Source: Eledone cirrhosa (taxonomy: Eukaryota). Taken from it: a stretch of DNA of 64,000 bases. This document shows positions 12,980 to 24,308 of this stretch, piece after piece. The position numbers were made by a program, and so were the translations under genes. Numbering within the stretch: the first letter of the stretch is position 1; each line of letters starts with the position of its first letter. The notes beneath the pieces are model-generated. The model was not told the origin of the DNA and did no database searches. It worked only from the letters and a program-made list of their open reading frames with translations. The DNA is taken from the NCBI GenBank assembly GCA_964016885.1, contig OZ024740.1, positions 168,082,001 to 168,146,000 on the forward strand, in the 5' to 3' direction.

Positions 12980-13052
12980 ATTATATTTTATCTGATGAAA
13001 GTGCACCATAATCTGCCTTGGTGGCCCTTGAAATATGTATAATGAAATAAAT
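12980..13052 (+). ncRNA. Type I hammerhead motif (family C), in a unit of about 12815-13092
   Basis: TATTTTAT-CTGATGA-AAGTGCACCA..TGGTGGCCCTT-GAA-ATA tg TAT-A-ATGAAATA. Homologous to 55820-56190. Confidence 0.65.
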
Positions 13053-13087
13053 ATGCTTTTATAAATATAGTTTCCATTTGTTAATAT

Positions 13088-13140
<53 letters not shown>

Positions 13141-13219
13141 CACCCCGAGGCCGAGGTAATCCGTACTTCTCTGTACTGTTTCAGAAAGGAGGGATAAACA
13201 TGCCAATCTATGTTTAGAA

Positions 13220-13250
13220 ACCCAAGCAACGCCGGGCCATTCTGCTAGTA
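13220..13250 (+). mobile_element. Helitron-like 3' terminus
   Basis: CCCAAGCAACGCCGGG followed by CTAG-T. Confidence 0.45.
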
Positions 13251-13784
13251 TCTACTACACGGAACTCTTTTCTAATCCCCCTCTCTATATCAATAAATAT
13301 CAATCTCTCCCCCTCTCTATATCTAATATACAACACACTCTCCCAACCTTCCTCTCTATATCAGTTACCACCGAACTCTCCCCCACTCTATATCTATATT
13401 TATCCCTCCCATCTATCTCTACATAACATGTACATAAACTGTAGCGCTTATACAAATTGATGTGTTTTGGTAGTGTGGAGAGCAAAATATAATTAATGCG
13501 TTGGAACTGGGTGGGATGGCTCTTTACCTTCTGTGATCAAATCTCCCCAAATTCAACTTTGCCTTTCATCCTTCCAGGATGGATAAAATATGGCACCGGT
13601 CAAGTACTGGGTTGATAAAATTATTCTCTACCCGAAAAATAATAATTGCTGGCTTTGTGTCTATGTTGTAACCATTATAGGTGTGCTCAATCAGGTTTAC
13701 CCTGGGTTAAACAACAGCAAATACTACAACTTCTATTACATACAGAACTCCTGAAATTGCTGTTGTTAATGGCATTATTTTATA

Positions 13785-13996
13785 TGGTGGATTGGCAGTA
13801 TTGGTAGAGGGTCGGACGCCATGCTTTGCAGCAAAGAGTTACGGCCCTTTATGGTCTGAGTTCAAAACCCACCGTGGTTAACTTTGCCTTTCATCCTTAC
13901 GGGGTCGATAAAATAAAGTACCAGTCCCGCACTAGGGTTGATTTAATCGTCTTTCTCCTCTCCAAAATTGCTGGTCTTGTGCCTATATAAGAAACC
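13785..13996 (+). mobile_element. tRNA-derived SINE with target-site duplication
   Basis: Same family as 5696. CATTATTTTATATG at 13773-13786 and 13996-14009. Confidence 0.85.
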
Positions 13997-14399
13997 ATTA
14001 TTTTATATGCATACCGCCATCATTGGAATATCTTCAGAGAAACTCTATGTGATCATTCGACTTGCGACAAATCTGCATTAAATCACATCTCAACTACGAT
14101 TTTAAAAACATGAAGAACACATTATATTAACGTAGCTCATGTTATGCTTTGTCATGAATAAAAGAAAATATATAATTGATTGCCATACCTGGAATGTCTT
14201 TTATCGTATATCTGACAACTACAAGAACATACTCTCACCTCATCCACCATAGCCACTATTAATATTTATTTTCTTACCAAACTTACACTGTACCACCGTA
14301 CCAAATACCACTACCACAGCCACCACTACTGATATCATTATCACTAACGCCGCTACCACTAACACCATAAATAATAACATACCATCCAAAATCCTAACT

Positions 14400-14690
14400 C
14401 ACAACACCACCTCTTCGACTAACACAGGCTCTGCTGCACTTCGGGCCGAGGAGGATAAACTCACCAAATATCCGTCATTCTCCGACAGGTTTGCGATCGA
14501 ACCCGTGGTAGTGAAGACTTCTGGTGTCCTTGGACCTAGGGTCACCTCTCTGCTCACCACCATCGGCACAGAGTTTGCTTCGCGCAGCTGTGAGCCTCGC
14601 GAGCTGGAATAGCCCTTCCAGTGCGTCTCCCTTACCATCTTCCGGGGAAACGCCTTCTCTATTCGCCTGAGCCCCCATTTGTTCATAATA
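14400..14690 (+). mobile_element. 3' fragment of a CRE-like (RLE) non-LTR element
   Basis: GSAALRAEEDKLTKY..FAIEPVVVKTSGVLGP..EPRELE*..VSLTIFRGNAFSI matches the CRE endonuclease C-terminal pattern (ET.G..G ... QRGNA). Confidence 0.65.
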
Positions 14691-14819
14691 GTGAGAGATG
14701 GGGAGAGCGAGAGAAACAGAAAAAGCGACAGTGGGTTCTTTTGTTGTTCGGACCTGGTGTATATATGTGTATATAAGAGAGAATGAATATCTACAGGGTG
14801 ATCTTATATTTATTTCTAT

Positions 14820-15182
14820 GTTAACTTATCACCATCTACTACTACTACTACCCACAACCACCAACAACAATCAACCATCTACAACTTCGACAGCTATCAC
14901 TAATACAACATACCATCACCGCCACAGCAACCAATACCATTACCAACGCTACTAATAACTCTTCGACAAATATTTCCATCAACACCACTCCAAAATCACA
15001 GCCATAACTATCCCCCTTACATGTACAACCATTAACAATATTTCCACCACCAATAAAAGCATGCTACCATTTTAACCACTAATACCACCACACGCCCGTT
15101 CCCTGACACAATTAAAAACAAAATCACCGCCAACACAGTCGCAAGCACAACCACAGACACCACCACCTCCAACTACTCTAAT

Positions 15183-15217
<35 letters not shown>

Positions 15218-15487
15218 TGACTACTACTACGACTATTACTACGACTACAACTACGACTACAACTACAATTTCTACAACTACTACCACACCACTACTTCTA
15301 CTACTACTACTACAACCACCACTACTGCAACTACTGCTACCACCACCACCACCACCACCACTACTACTACCACCACAACTACCACCACCACCACTACTAC
15401 TATTACTACTACTACAACTACCACCACCACTACTACCACCACCACCAACACCACCAACACCACCACCACCAGCACAACCACCACTAA

Positions 15488-15526
<39 letters not shown>

Positions 15527-15609
15527 CACAAACACCAGCACAACCACCACTACTACTACTACTACTACCACCACCACCAACACCACCACCACTACTACTA
15601 TTGCTACAG

Positions 15610-15654
<45 letters not shown>

Positions 15655-15680
15655 TAACAACAATAACAACAACAACAACA
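14820..15680. repeat. (CTA)n/(CCA)n/(CAA)n low-complexity tract
   Basis: Direct inspection. Confidence 0.9.
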
Positions 15681-16054
15681 CCTCAATTGTCCATAATAAT
15701 GGAAATGCAAGCAAATGCATGATGAACGTTTAATATAAAATGCCAAGTGGAATGAGCAGTGTCCAGCGGCGTTTCCAATAATTTCGGACATCGGAACGAC
15801 AGAACAGGAACACACGTTAATATACCCACAACTACACATACGAACATGTAAGGCATTCATACACACATACATATATATATAAATGTATATATGTATGTAT
15901 GTTTGTATGTATGTTTGTATGTATCTATGTAAATATGTATGTATGTAAATATGTATGTTTGTATGTAAATATGTATGTAAATATGTATGTATCCATGCAT
16001 GCATATATGTGTGTGTGTGTATATACATATATATATATATAAATATATATATAT

Positions 16055-16091
<37 letters not shown>

Positions 16092-16117
16092 TATACAATG
16101 ATAGATAGATAGATAGA

Positions 16118-16761
16118 TTTCTTTATTAGCCACAAGGGCGCAACAAGAAAGGGGACAATACAAAGACATGCCGGGGATTTTACATACAGTCGTGTAAAAA
16201 ATATAAAAACAAACAATTTCAACAATCGAAATCCCCAATAGGGGGGAGGCGCCACAAATGGGTTGTTTAATACCCCGTCGATAGAACAACCCTCAACTCA
16301 AGGAGCGTGTTGTGCAAGTGCTCCTTTCTTCCTTTTACTCTCTTCCTCAACCTACAGGCTTATAAACAGAGAAGGCCCAATCACTCGGGCCATTTTCGCT
16401 TCATTCACCCACCTTTCAGTAAATTTACTGGGGTGCAGTGCCTCTCTCTCCACCCTGATTCTCCTTCTAAAGTACTTAAAGAATGGAATCAATTGTTGTC
16501 CGGAGAGAAAGGCATCTGTCCTCAGTCCTCTCAACCTCGTCCACCATATAACTTCTTTCACCATAGCCACCGTACAGAGGAAAACCGCCTCTCTTTCGTT
16601 TTTGAAAGAGTCTGGCGGTTTGATCCTTACTATGGACTCGGCAGTCAACTGTATTTGTCCCATACGCGACAGCAGTTGTTCTGCATAGTTCCACAGGTCG
16701 CTTACGCCCGGGCAGTGTACAATTGCGTGCAGAACTGTTTCAATGTCCTGCGCACATCTTG
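16118..16761 (-). mobile_element. Tx1-like LINE copy A: 3' fragment of a diverged subfamily
   Basis: ORF 16352-16663 is homologous to the ORF2 C-terminus. 3' end AATAAAGAAA-(TCTA)n. GATA runs at 16100-16117 and 16762-16805. Confidence 0.9.
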
Positions 16762-16805
<44 letters not shown>

Positions 16806-18922
16806 TGTTTCTTTATTAGTCACAGCGGCACAAAAGAAGGGGACAATTGCAAAGGGGGGAGTTTACATACTATAAAAACGTGTCAAATATTATCACAATT
16901 GAAAATTAAAAGTTAATCGATTTTCCCCAAGGGGGGGGGGGGGGGGGCAGTTCATATGGGTAGCACATACCCCCCCAAAAAATGTGCAACCCTCATCTCC
17001 AGGAGTACGAACAGTTTGTACCCCTTTCTTCCCTTCCTCTTTTTCCTCACACTACAGGCTGATATAGAGAGAAGGCCCATTCATTCGGGCCATTCTCGCC
17101 ACTTTCACCCACCTTTCATAAAACTTGCTGGGGTACAGCACCTCTCTCTCCATCCTGATTCTTCTTCCAAAGTGGTATTTGAAAAAAAGAATCAGTTGTT
17201 GGCCGGAGAGAAAGGTGTCTGACCTCAGCCCTTTTAACCTCGTCCACCATACAACCTCTTTCGCCATAGCTATCACACAAAGGAAAACCGCCTCTCCTTC
17301 GTTTTTGAAGGAGGGTGGCGGTTTGATCATGACAATGGACTCGGTGGTCAACCGGATTGGTCCCACCCTCGACAATAGTCGTTCTACATAGCCCCACAGG
17401 TCGGTGACGCCCGGGCAGTGTATTAGTGCATGCGCGACTGTTTCTTCATCTCGCACGCACCTCGGACAGATGTTTTTTGCAGGGTCCCTGCCCGGGCGCC
17501 CATGTCTGTAGAGCTTGTCTCGAACTGGTAGAGCTCCTCGGTAGCACTGCCAGGCCAGGGACTTTTGGAAGTTGTCCATCGGTCCCGGGCGGAAGGTCCT
17601 ACCGAACAGACTGGCCAGTTCGTCTTCCTCCACGCCTAGAGTTTCTCCGAGCGCGTCGTCGCACTTGCTGCGGATCAATCCTCTATAGAATGACGAAGTG
17701 GAGTCTCCACTGATCGCCGAGTCCGCCTGCCAGAGGGCTGGGAGCGCCTGAGCACATTCGATGTGCCAGTCGCCCATTTTCCTCGGTCTTTGCTTGACCC
17801 AGGACTGCAGCTCGGTCAGCGAGACGAGTCGTGGGAAGGCTCGCCTCACGAACGGGGCCCACACCGGTTGTGCGGTGAGGAATACGTAGAGATGCCGCAG
17901 CCTGAGCGCGTGTTTGCGCATCGTCAACCACGACATCCCCAGCCCTCCGCTAGAAGGGTGTTGGCAGCAGATGGATCTTCTCACCAAAGGAGCTCGCCTC
18001 TTCCAAAGGAATTGGAAGAGCACGTTCCATTTTGGCGAGCGTTTTGGCTGGACAATTCACGACGGTCAAGCGATAGTAGATGGCGGACGCTATAAAAGTG
18101 TTCGCCACCTCCGCTCGACCTATCAAGGATAGTTTGCCCTCGGCCCACTTCTGGGTGAGTGCAAACACCTTGGCCGTCACTTCGTTCCAGTTCTTCTCCA
18201 CCTGGAGGTTCGGACCAAACCAGACCCCGAGTAGCTTTACCGGTCCTTCCGTCCAGCGTCCGACGACGCCTTCGGAAGGCATCGGTTTGCCTCTCCACGA
18301 TCCTAGTTGCAAACCGATGGACTTGTCCCGGTTCAGCTTCGCTCCTGTGAAACTTTCGTATTCCTTCAGTAAGGTGCCGACTTCCTCGATTTGCGAGGCG
18401 CTCGACACCATTACTGTGACGTCGTCGGCGTAGGCCGACGCCGCTTTCCGCAGTCCCGGTTCCAGAGGGATGCCCTGCAATAGCTCCAACTTCCGCAGTA
18501 GTGGCTCGAGAGTCAGTACGTACAGAAGAGAGGAAAGAGGGCATCCCTGTCGAATGGATCGCGTAATATGGAACGGCTCCGAGAGGTAGCCGTTCACCTT
18601 GACCCTTGAGCAGATGTTGCTGTTGTGCATTGCAGCAATCCTGCCCCTGAACACGGGTCCGAAGCCTGCAGCCTCGAGCACCGCATCCAGGTAACGATGG
18701 TCAACTCTATCGAAAGCCTTAGACTGATCCAAGTTGATCAGGGCCCCACCGAAGCCGGGTTTACACCCTACCCTCTCTATGATGTATCGCATGAGGCGGA
18801 GATTGTCGTGTATGGACCTGGTCGGGATTGCGCATGTCTGCGCTTCTCCCACCAGGTTCTCGACGACAAGCGCCAGCCTCTTTGCCAACACCTTGGCCAA
18901 AATCTGTAACTCTGTGTTTAGC
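16806..18922 (-). mobile_element. Tx1-like LINE copy B: 5'-truncated, diverged subfamily, frameshifted RT
   Basis: ORFs 17950-18939 (DQSKAFDRV, RQGCPLS, YADD) and 17052-18023 (CPRC..H..C). Confidence 0.9.
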
Positions 18923-18961
18923 AGCACAATGGAAAGCATTCAGCAGATAGCTAACTCCATA

Positions 18962-19430
18962 CACCGGTCCGTCCGACAGCGTCCGACGACGCTGTCGGAC
19001 GACATCGGTTTGCCTCTCAACGTTCCGAATTGCAAACTGACAGACTTGTCCGGGTTCAGTTTTACTCCTGTGAGCCTTTCATATTCCTGCAGTAAGTTGC
19101 CCATTTCGGAGTCTTCCGACACCATTACCGTCACGTCGTCGACATAAGCCGATGACGCTATCCGCAGTCTCGGTTCCAACGGAATGCCCTGCATCAGCTT
19201 CAGCTTCCGCAGTAGTGGCTCTAGAGTCAGTACGTACAGAATGGAGGAGAGAGGGCATCCCTGTCGGATGGAACGCGTGATTGCGAACGGTTCCGATAGG
19301 TAGCCGTTCACCTTGACCATCGAGCAGATGTTGGTGTGCATTGCGGCGATCCAGCCACTGAAGACGGGTCCGAAACCGGCCGCCTTGAGAACCGCTTCCA
19401 AGTATCGATGGTCGATCCTATCGAACGCCT

Positions 19431-19432
<2 letters not shown>
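18962..19432 (-). mobile_element. Tx1-like LINE internal RT fragment B2 (third subfamily)
   Basis: SKAFDRIDH..RQGCPLS..AYVDD in ORF 18940-19494. 5' side abuts (GATA)n at 19431-19478. Confidence 0.85.
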
Positions 19433-19478
<46 letters not shown>

Positions 19479-19479
<1 letters not shown>

Positions 19480-20568
19480 TTCTTTATTTACCATAAAGGC
19501 ATAAAAAGAAGGTACAAATACAAAGGGGGAGTTTACATATAATCGAGTAAAAAGGGTGTAACATGAAAATAATCGAAAATAACCTCAAAAGGGAGGGGAC
19601 GTGATGGGGGTTGCACACACCCCCGAAAAAGTGTGCAATCCTTTGCCCGGGGAGCACATGGAGAAGGTGCTCCCCTCTCCTTTACTTCTTTACCTACAGG
19701 ATGGTATACAGAGAAGGCCCATTTACACGAGCCATTCTCGCCACTATCACCCACCTTTCATAAAACTGCCTGTGGCCAAGCACCTCTCTCTCCATTCTTA
19801 TCCTTCTTCCGAAGTGATATCGGAAGAAGTAGACCAGACTATGGCCAGAGAGGAAGTTGCCTGACCTCAGACCTTTCAATCGTGTCCACCAAACAACCTC
19901 TTTCAACATGGCTATTACGCACAGAAAAACCGCCTTTGCTTCCTTTGTGAAGAGGGGAGGCGGTTTGATTGTCATCACGGACTCGGCGGTCAATTTAATC
20001 GGCGCCACCCGCGACAGCAGTTGTTCGGCGTAGCCCCACAGATCAGCCACGCCCGGACATTGCACCAATGCGTGCGCAACGGTTTCTTCGTGACGCACGC
20101 ATCTAGGGCAAATCTTTTTTGAGGATCCCTGCCCGGGCGCCCGTGTCTGTAGAGCCTCTCTCGAACGGGTAGAGCCCCCCGGTAGCACTGCCAGGCCAGT
20201 GACTTCTGGAAGTTGTCCATTGGTCCTGGGCCGAAAGTCCTACCGAACAGGCTGGCCAGTTCGTCTTCTTCCATGTCCAGCGACTCTCCAAGGGTGTCAT
20301 CGCCCCTGCTAGCCACCAGCCCTCTATAGAATGATGAGGTGGATTCTCCACCGATGGCCTGGCCCGCTTGCCAGAGAGCCCTGAGCGCCTGAGCACACTC
20401 AGTGTGCCAGTCTCCCAGTTTTCCGGATCTTTGCTTGACCCAGGACTGTAGCTCGGTGAGCGAGACGAGTCTCGGAAAGGCTCGTTTCACGAACGGAGCC
20501 CACACCGGTTGACCAGTGAGGAATACCTGTAGGTGCCGTAGCCTTAATGCGTGCCTACGCATCATCAA
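19479..20568 (-). mobile_element. Tx1-like LINE copy C: 3' 1.1 kb of the young subfamily
   Basis: Nearly identical to 20623-21712, with a 1-bp deletion near 20124. GATA runs on both sides. Confidence 0.92.
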
Positions 20569-20569
20569 T

Positions 20570-20623
<54 letters not shown>

Positions 20624-20837
20624 TTCTTTATTTACCATAAAGGCATAAAAAGAAGGGACAAATACAAAGGGGGAGTTTACATATAATCGAGTAAAAAGGG
20701 TGTAACATGAAAATAATCGAAAGTAACCTCAAAAGGGAGGGGACGTGATGGGGGTTGCACACACCCCCGAAAAAGTGTGCAATCCTTTGCCCGGGGAGCA
20801 CATGGAGAAGGTGCTCCCCTCTCCTTTACTTCTTTAC

Positions 20838-23800
20838 CTACAGGATGGTATACAGAGAAGGCCCATTTACACGAGCCATTCTCGCCACTATCACCCACCT
20901 TTCATAAAACTGCCTGTGGCCAAGCACCTCTCTCTCCATTCTTATCCTTCTTCCGAAGTGATATCGGAAGAAGTAGACCAGACTATGGCCAGAGAGGAAG
21001 TTGCCTGACCTCAGACCTTTCAATCGTGTCCACCAAACAACCTCTTTCAACATGGCTATTACGCACAGAAAAACCGCCTTTGCTTCCTTTGTGAAGAGGG
21101 GAGGCGGTTTGATTGTCATCACGGACTCGGCGGTCAATTTAATCGGCGCCACCCGCGACAGCAGTTGTTCGGCGTAGCCCCACAGATCAGCCACGCCAGG
21201 ACATTGCACCAATGCGTGCGCCACGGTTTCTTCGTGACGCACGCATCTAGGGCAAATCTTTTTTGAGGGATCCCTGCCCGGGCGCCCGTGTCTGTAGAGC
21301 CTCTCTCGAACGGGTAGAGCCCCTCGGTAGCACTGCCAGGCCAGTGACTTCTGGAAGTTGTCCATTGGTCCTGGGCCGAAAGTCCTACCGAACAGGCTGG
21401 CCAGTTCGTCTTCTTCCATGTCCAGCGACTCTCCAAGGGTGTCATCGCCCCTGCTAGCCACCAGCCCTCTATAGAATGATGAGGTGGATTCTCCACCGAT
21501 GGTTTGGCCCGCTTGCCAGAGAGCCCTGAGCGCCTGAGCACACTCAGTGTGCCAGTCTCCCAGTTTTCCGGATCTTTGCTTGACCCAGGACTGTAGCTCG
21601 GTGAGTGAGACGAGTCTCGGAAAGGCTCGTTTCACGAACGGAGCCCACACCGGTTGACCAGTGAGGAATACCTGTAGGTGCCGTAGCCTTAATGCGTGCC
21701 TACGCATCATCAACCACGGCATCCCCAGCCCTCCTTTCGAAGGTTGTTGGCAGCAGATGGATCTTCTCACCATAGGAGGACGCTTCTTCCAAAGAAATTG
21801 GAAGAGCATGCGTTCCATGGTGGTGAGTGTTTCCTTAGGGCAAGGCACGACAGTCAGGCGGTAGTAAGTGACGGACGCTATGTAAATGTTCGCCACCTCC
21901 GCCCGGCCTTTTAGGGACAGCTTACACTTGGCCCATTTCTGGGTTAGTGCAAACACCTTGTTCGTAACCTCGTTCCAGTTCTTTTCCACCTGGAGGTCCG
22001 GTCCAAACCAGACCCCAAGCAACTTTACCGGGCCCTCCGTCCAGTGTCCGACGACACCGTCAGGAGGCATCGGTTTGCCTCTCCACGTTCCGAGTTGCAG
22101 CCCGATGGATTTTTCCCGGTTCAGTTTCGCTCCTGACAACCTTTCGTACTCCTCCAGTAAGGTACCGATCGCCTCGATCTCCGAGTCGGTTGATACCATT
22201 ACTGTTACGTCATCGGCGTAGGCCGACACCGCTTTGCTCAATCCTGGTTCCAGGGGGATACCCTGCAACAACTCCAACTTCCTCAGTAAAGGCTCGAGAG
22301 TCAATACGTACAGAAGGGAGGAGAGAGGGCACCCCTGTCGAATGGATCGTGTGATTTCGAACGGCTTCGAAAGGTAGCCGTTCACCTTGATCCTAGAACA
22401 GATGTGGTTGCTATGTAGGGCAGTGATCCAGCCTCTGAAAACAGGACCGAACCCAGCCGCCGCTAGCACCGCATCCAGGTAACCATGGTCGACCCTATCG
22501 AAGGCCTTAGACTGATCCAAGTTGATCAGGGCCCCACCGAAGCCGGGTTTGTTGCCAACCCTCTCTATGATGTATCGCATGAGGTGGAGGTTATCGTGAA
22601 TGGACCTGGATGGGATAGCACATGTCTGCGCATCTCCCACCAGGCCACCCACGACAAGCGCCAACCTCTTTGCTAACACCTTGGCCAAAATCTTTAACTC
22701 TGTGTTTAGCAGGGTTATGGGCCGAAAATTATTTATACTATCCCCCTTTTTCTCGTCCTTCCTCACCAGCGTGACTACGCCCTTGGCTACAGAACAAGGA
22801 ATTCTCCCGTTCTGCTGCCAATTGCAGTAGACCGCTTCGAGGAGTTCGGAGAAGAAGACCGGCATTGCTAAATAAAGTTCGTAAGGTATACCATCGAGAC
22901 CTGGAGATTTGCGTCTGCTGCATTGGCTCAGCGCATCTCCGATCTCATCAGCCGAGATTGGTCCCTCGCAGGACTCTGCCTCTTTGTTCGAGAGACGCGG
23001 CAGGCCGTCGAGGTATGGACCGAAATCCACGCCCCGTCCCGGACCCTCGCCTCCCCCGAACAATCGGGCAAAGTGCTTTTGAAAGGCCTCGCACATCTGC
23101 TTAGGCTCCCGGATCACTCGTCCATCTTCGTCTTGCAACGACCGGATGGTGGATCGATTTCCACTTTTAGCTTCTGTCACGCGGGCCCATCCAACGGCTT
23201 TGGCCCCCTCATTACCTAGAGCACGTATTTTACTTCGAATGACGCAGCCTTCATGCTTTGCATCGAAAAACTGGTTCAAGGCCGTCCTCGATGCCAGCAC
23301 TCTGGCCACATCTTCGCTCTTGATTGCCTCTTCTAATTTACCTGTTAATTCTTTCTCGTTTCTATTCCTATTGGCAGCTAACATCTTGCTATAACTTATT
23401 GATTCTGTTCTAATCTCTCTTTTGAGAGATGCCCACCATCGGTTGTTGACGATTGCACCCGTCAACCTCTCCTTAACTAATCTGCTAATCCGGTTTCTGT
23501 AAGTCTCTTTTGCCGGTAAAGACAAATTAAGTTTCCAGTAACCGGGACCCTGTCTATGTGTTTTCTCGAGATTGACCACGCAGGTCACTAATTTGTGATC
23601 CGTGTAGCCAACCGTGCGCATTTCTGGACAGCTTAATATGTCCCTATCCTTACTTCTAACTAAGAATCTATCTAAGTACGATCTAGATTGACCACTGTGG
23701 TTTCTCCAAGTCCAGGTAGGCACAGTTGGAAAATCTAGTCGATATCTATCGACCAAGTTAAAACGGTCGAGTAACCCCTTGAGGCTGTTACACCCCCCTC

Positions 23801-24275
23801 TATTAGGACATGCTCCTGCATAGTCCCAACGTGCATCTAGGATGTCATTCCAATCCCCCGCTAGAAGCAGGGAACGCGACGTTCCCAGAAAAGTCTCCAA
23901 ACGCTGGAAGAAGTCGGGCCGTTCAGCTCCGAAAGGGGAGTAGACGGCGACCAGTCTCAAGGCCGCACTTTCACTACTGCCAACGTCTAGCACCAACAAA
24001 CGACCCTCCGGGTCCGAGTGCACAACCTGTACGGCAAGACCCAGGTGTTTTTGCAGCAGCACGACAACCCCACCCCCACCTCCAGGTTGACAGAGAGATG
24101 CATGCACCTCAAAGTCATCGAAGGTGGGGGCCAGCTGCCGCATGACGCTGATTCGAGTCTCACAGATAACCATTACATTTATACTACATGACCTGAGGTC
24201 ATTTAGAAGCTTTGCTTGCTTCCAAGTTGAGCCCAGGCCACGTGCATTCAAACATCCTACTCTTAACACATCCAT
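20838..24275 (-). CDS. LINE ORF2: APE endonuclease, reverse transcriptase and C-terminal Cys/His finger (1145 aa)
   Basis: CLNARGL, CETR, AGDWN, YLDRF, TDHK; KSPGLDG, FRPITLLN, DQSKAFD, RQGCPLS, YADD; GGLG, CPRC-x8-H-x4-C. Confidence 0.95.
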   Translation of the reverse strand: MDVLRVGCLNARGLGSTWKQAKLLNDLRSCSINVMVICETRISVMRQLAPTFDDFEVHASLCQPGGGGGVVVLLQKHLGLAVQVVHSDPEGRLLVLDVGSSESAALRLVAVYSPFGAERPDFFQRLETFLGTSRSLLLAGDWNDILDARWDYAGACPNRGGCNSLKGLLDRFNLVDRYRLDFPTVPTWTWRNHSGQSRSYLDRFLVRSKDRDILSCPEMRTVGYTDHKLVTCVVNLEKTHRQGPGYWKLNLSLPAKETYRNRISRLVKERLTGAIVNNRWWASLKREIRTESISYSKMLAANRNRNEKELTGKLEEAIKSEDVARVLASRTALNQFFDAKHEGCVIRSKIRALGNEGAKAVGWARVTEAKSGNRSTIRSLQDEDGRVIREPKQMCEAFQKHFARLFGGGEGPGRGVDFGPYLDGLPRLSNKEAESCEGPISADEIGDALSQCSRRKSPGLDGIPYELYLAMPVFFSELLEAVYCNWQQNGRIPCSVAKGVVTLVRKDEKKGDSINNFRPITLLNTELKILAKVLAKRLALVVGGLVGDAQTCAIPSRSIHDNLHLMRYIIERVGNKPGFGGALINLDQSKAFDRVDHGYLDAVLAAAGFGPVFRGWITALHSNHICSRIKVNGYLSKPFEITRSIRQGCPLSSLLYVLTLEPLLRKLELLQGIPLEPGLSKAVSAYADDVTVMVSTDSEIEAIGTLLEEYERLSGAKLNREKSIGLQLGTWRGKPMPPDGVVGHWTEGPVKLLGVWFGPDLQVEKNWNEVTNKVFALTQKWAKCKLSLKGRAEVANIYIASVTYYRLTVVPCPKETLTTMERMLFQFLWKKRPPMVRRSICCQQPSKGGLGMPWLMMRRHALRLRHLQVFLTGQPVWAPFVKRAFPRLVSLTELQSWVKQRSGKLGDWHTECAQALRALWQAGQTIGGESTSSFYRGLVASRGDDTLGESLDMEEDELASLFGRTFGPGPMDNFQKSLAWQCYRGALPVRERLYRHGRPGRDPSKKICPRCVRHEETVAHALVQCPGVADLWGYAEQLLSRVAPIKLTAESVMTIKPPPLFTKEAKAVFLCVIAMLKEVVWWTRLKGLRSGNFLSGHSLVYFFRYHFGRRIRMEREVLGHRQFYERWVIVARMARVNGPSLYTIL

Positions 24276-24308
24276 GTGGGCGGCAGAGCCAAAGGAGAGT
24301 GTAGAGAC

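Noticed and set aside
15072-16289. 405-aa ORF and overlapping poly-T/P/L/V ORFs
   Set aside because: Translations of triplet and dinucleotide microsatellites
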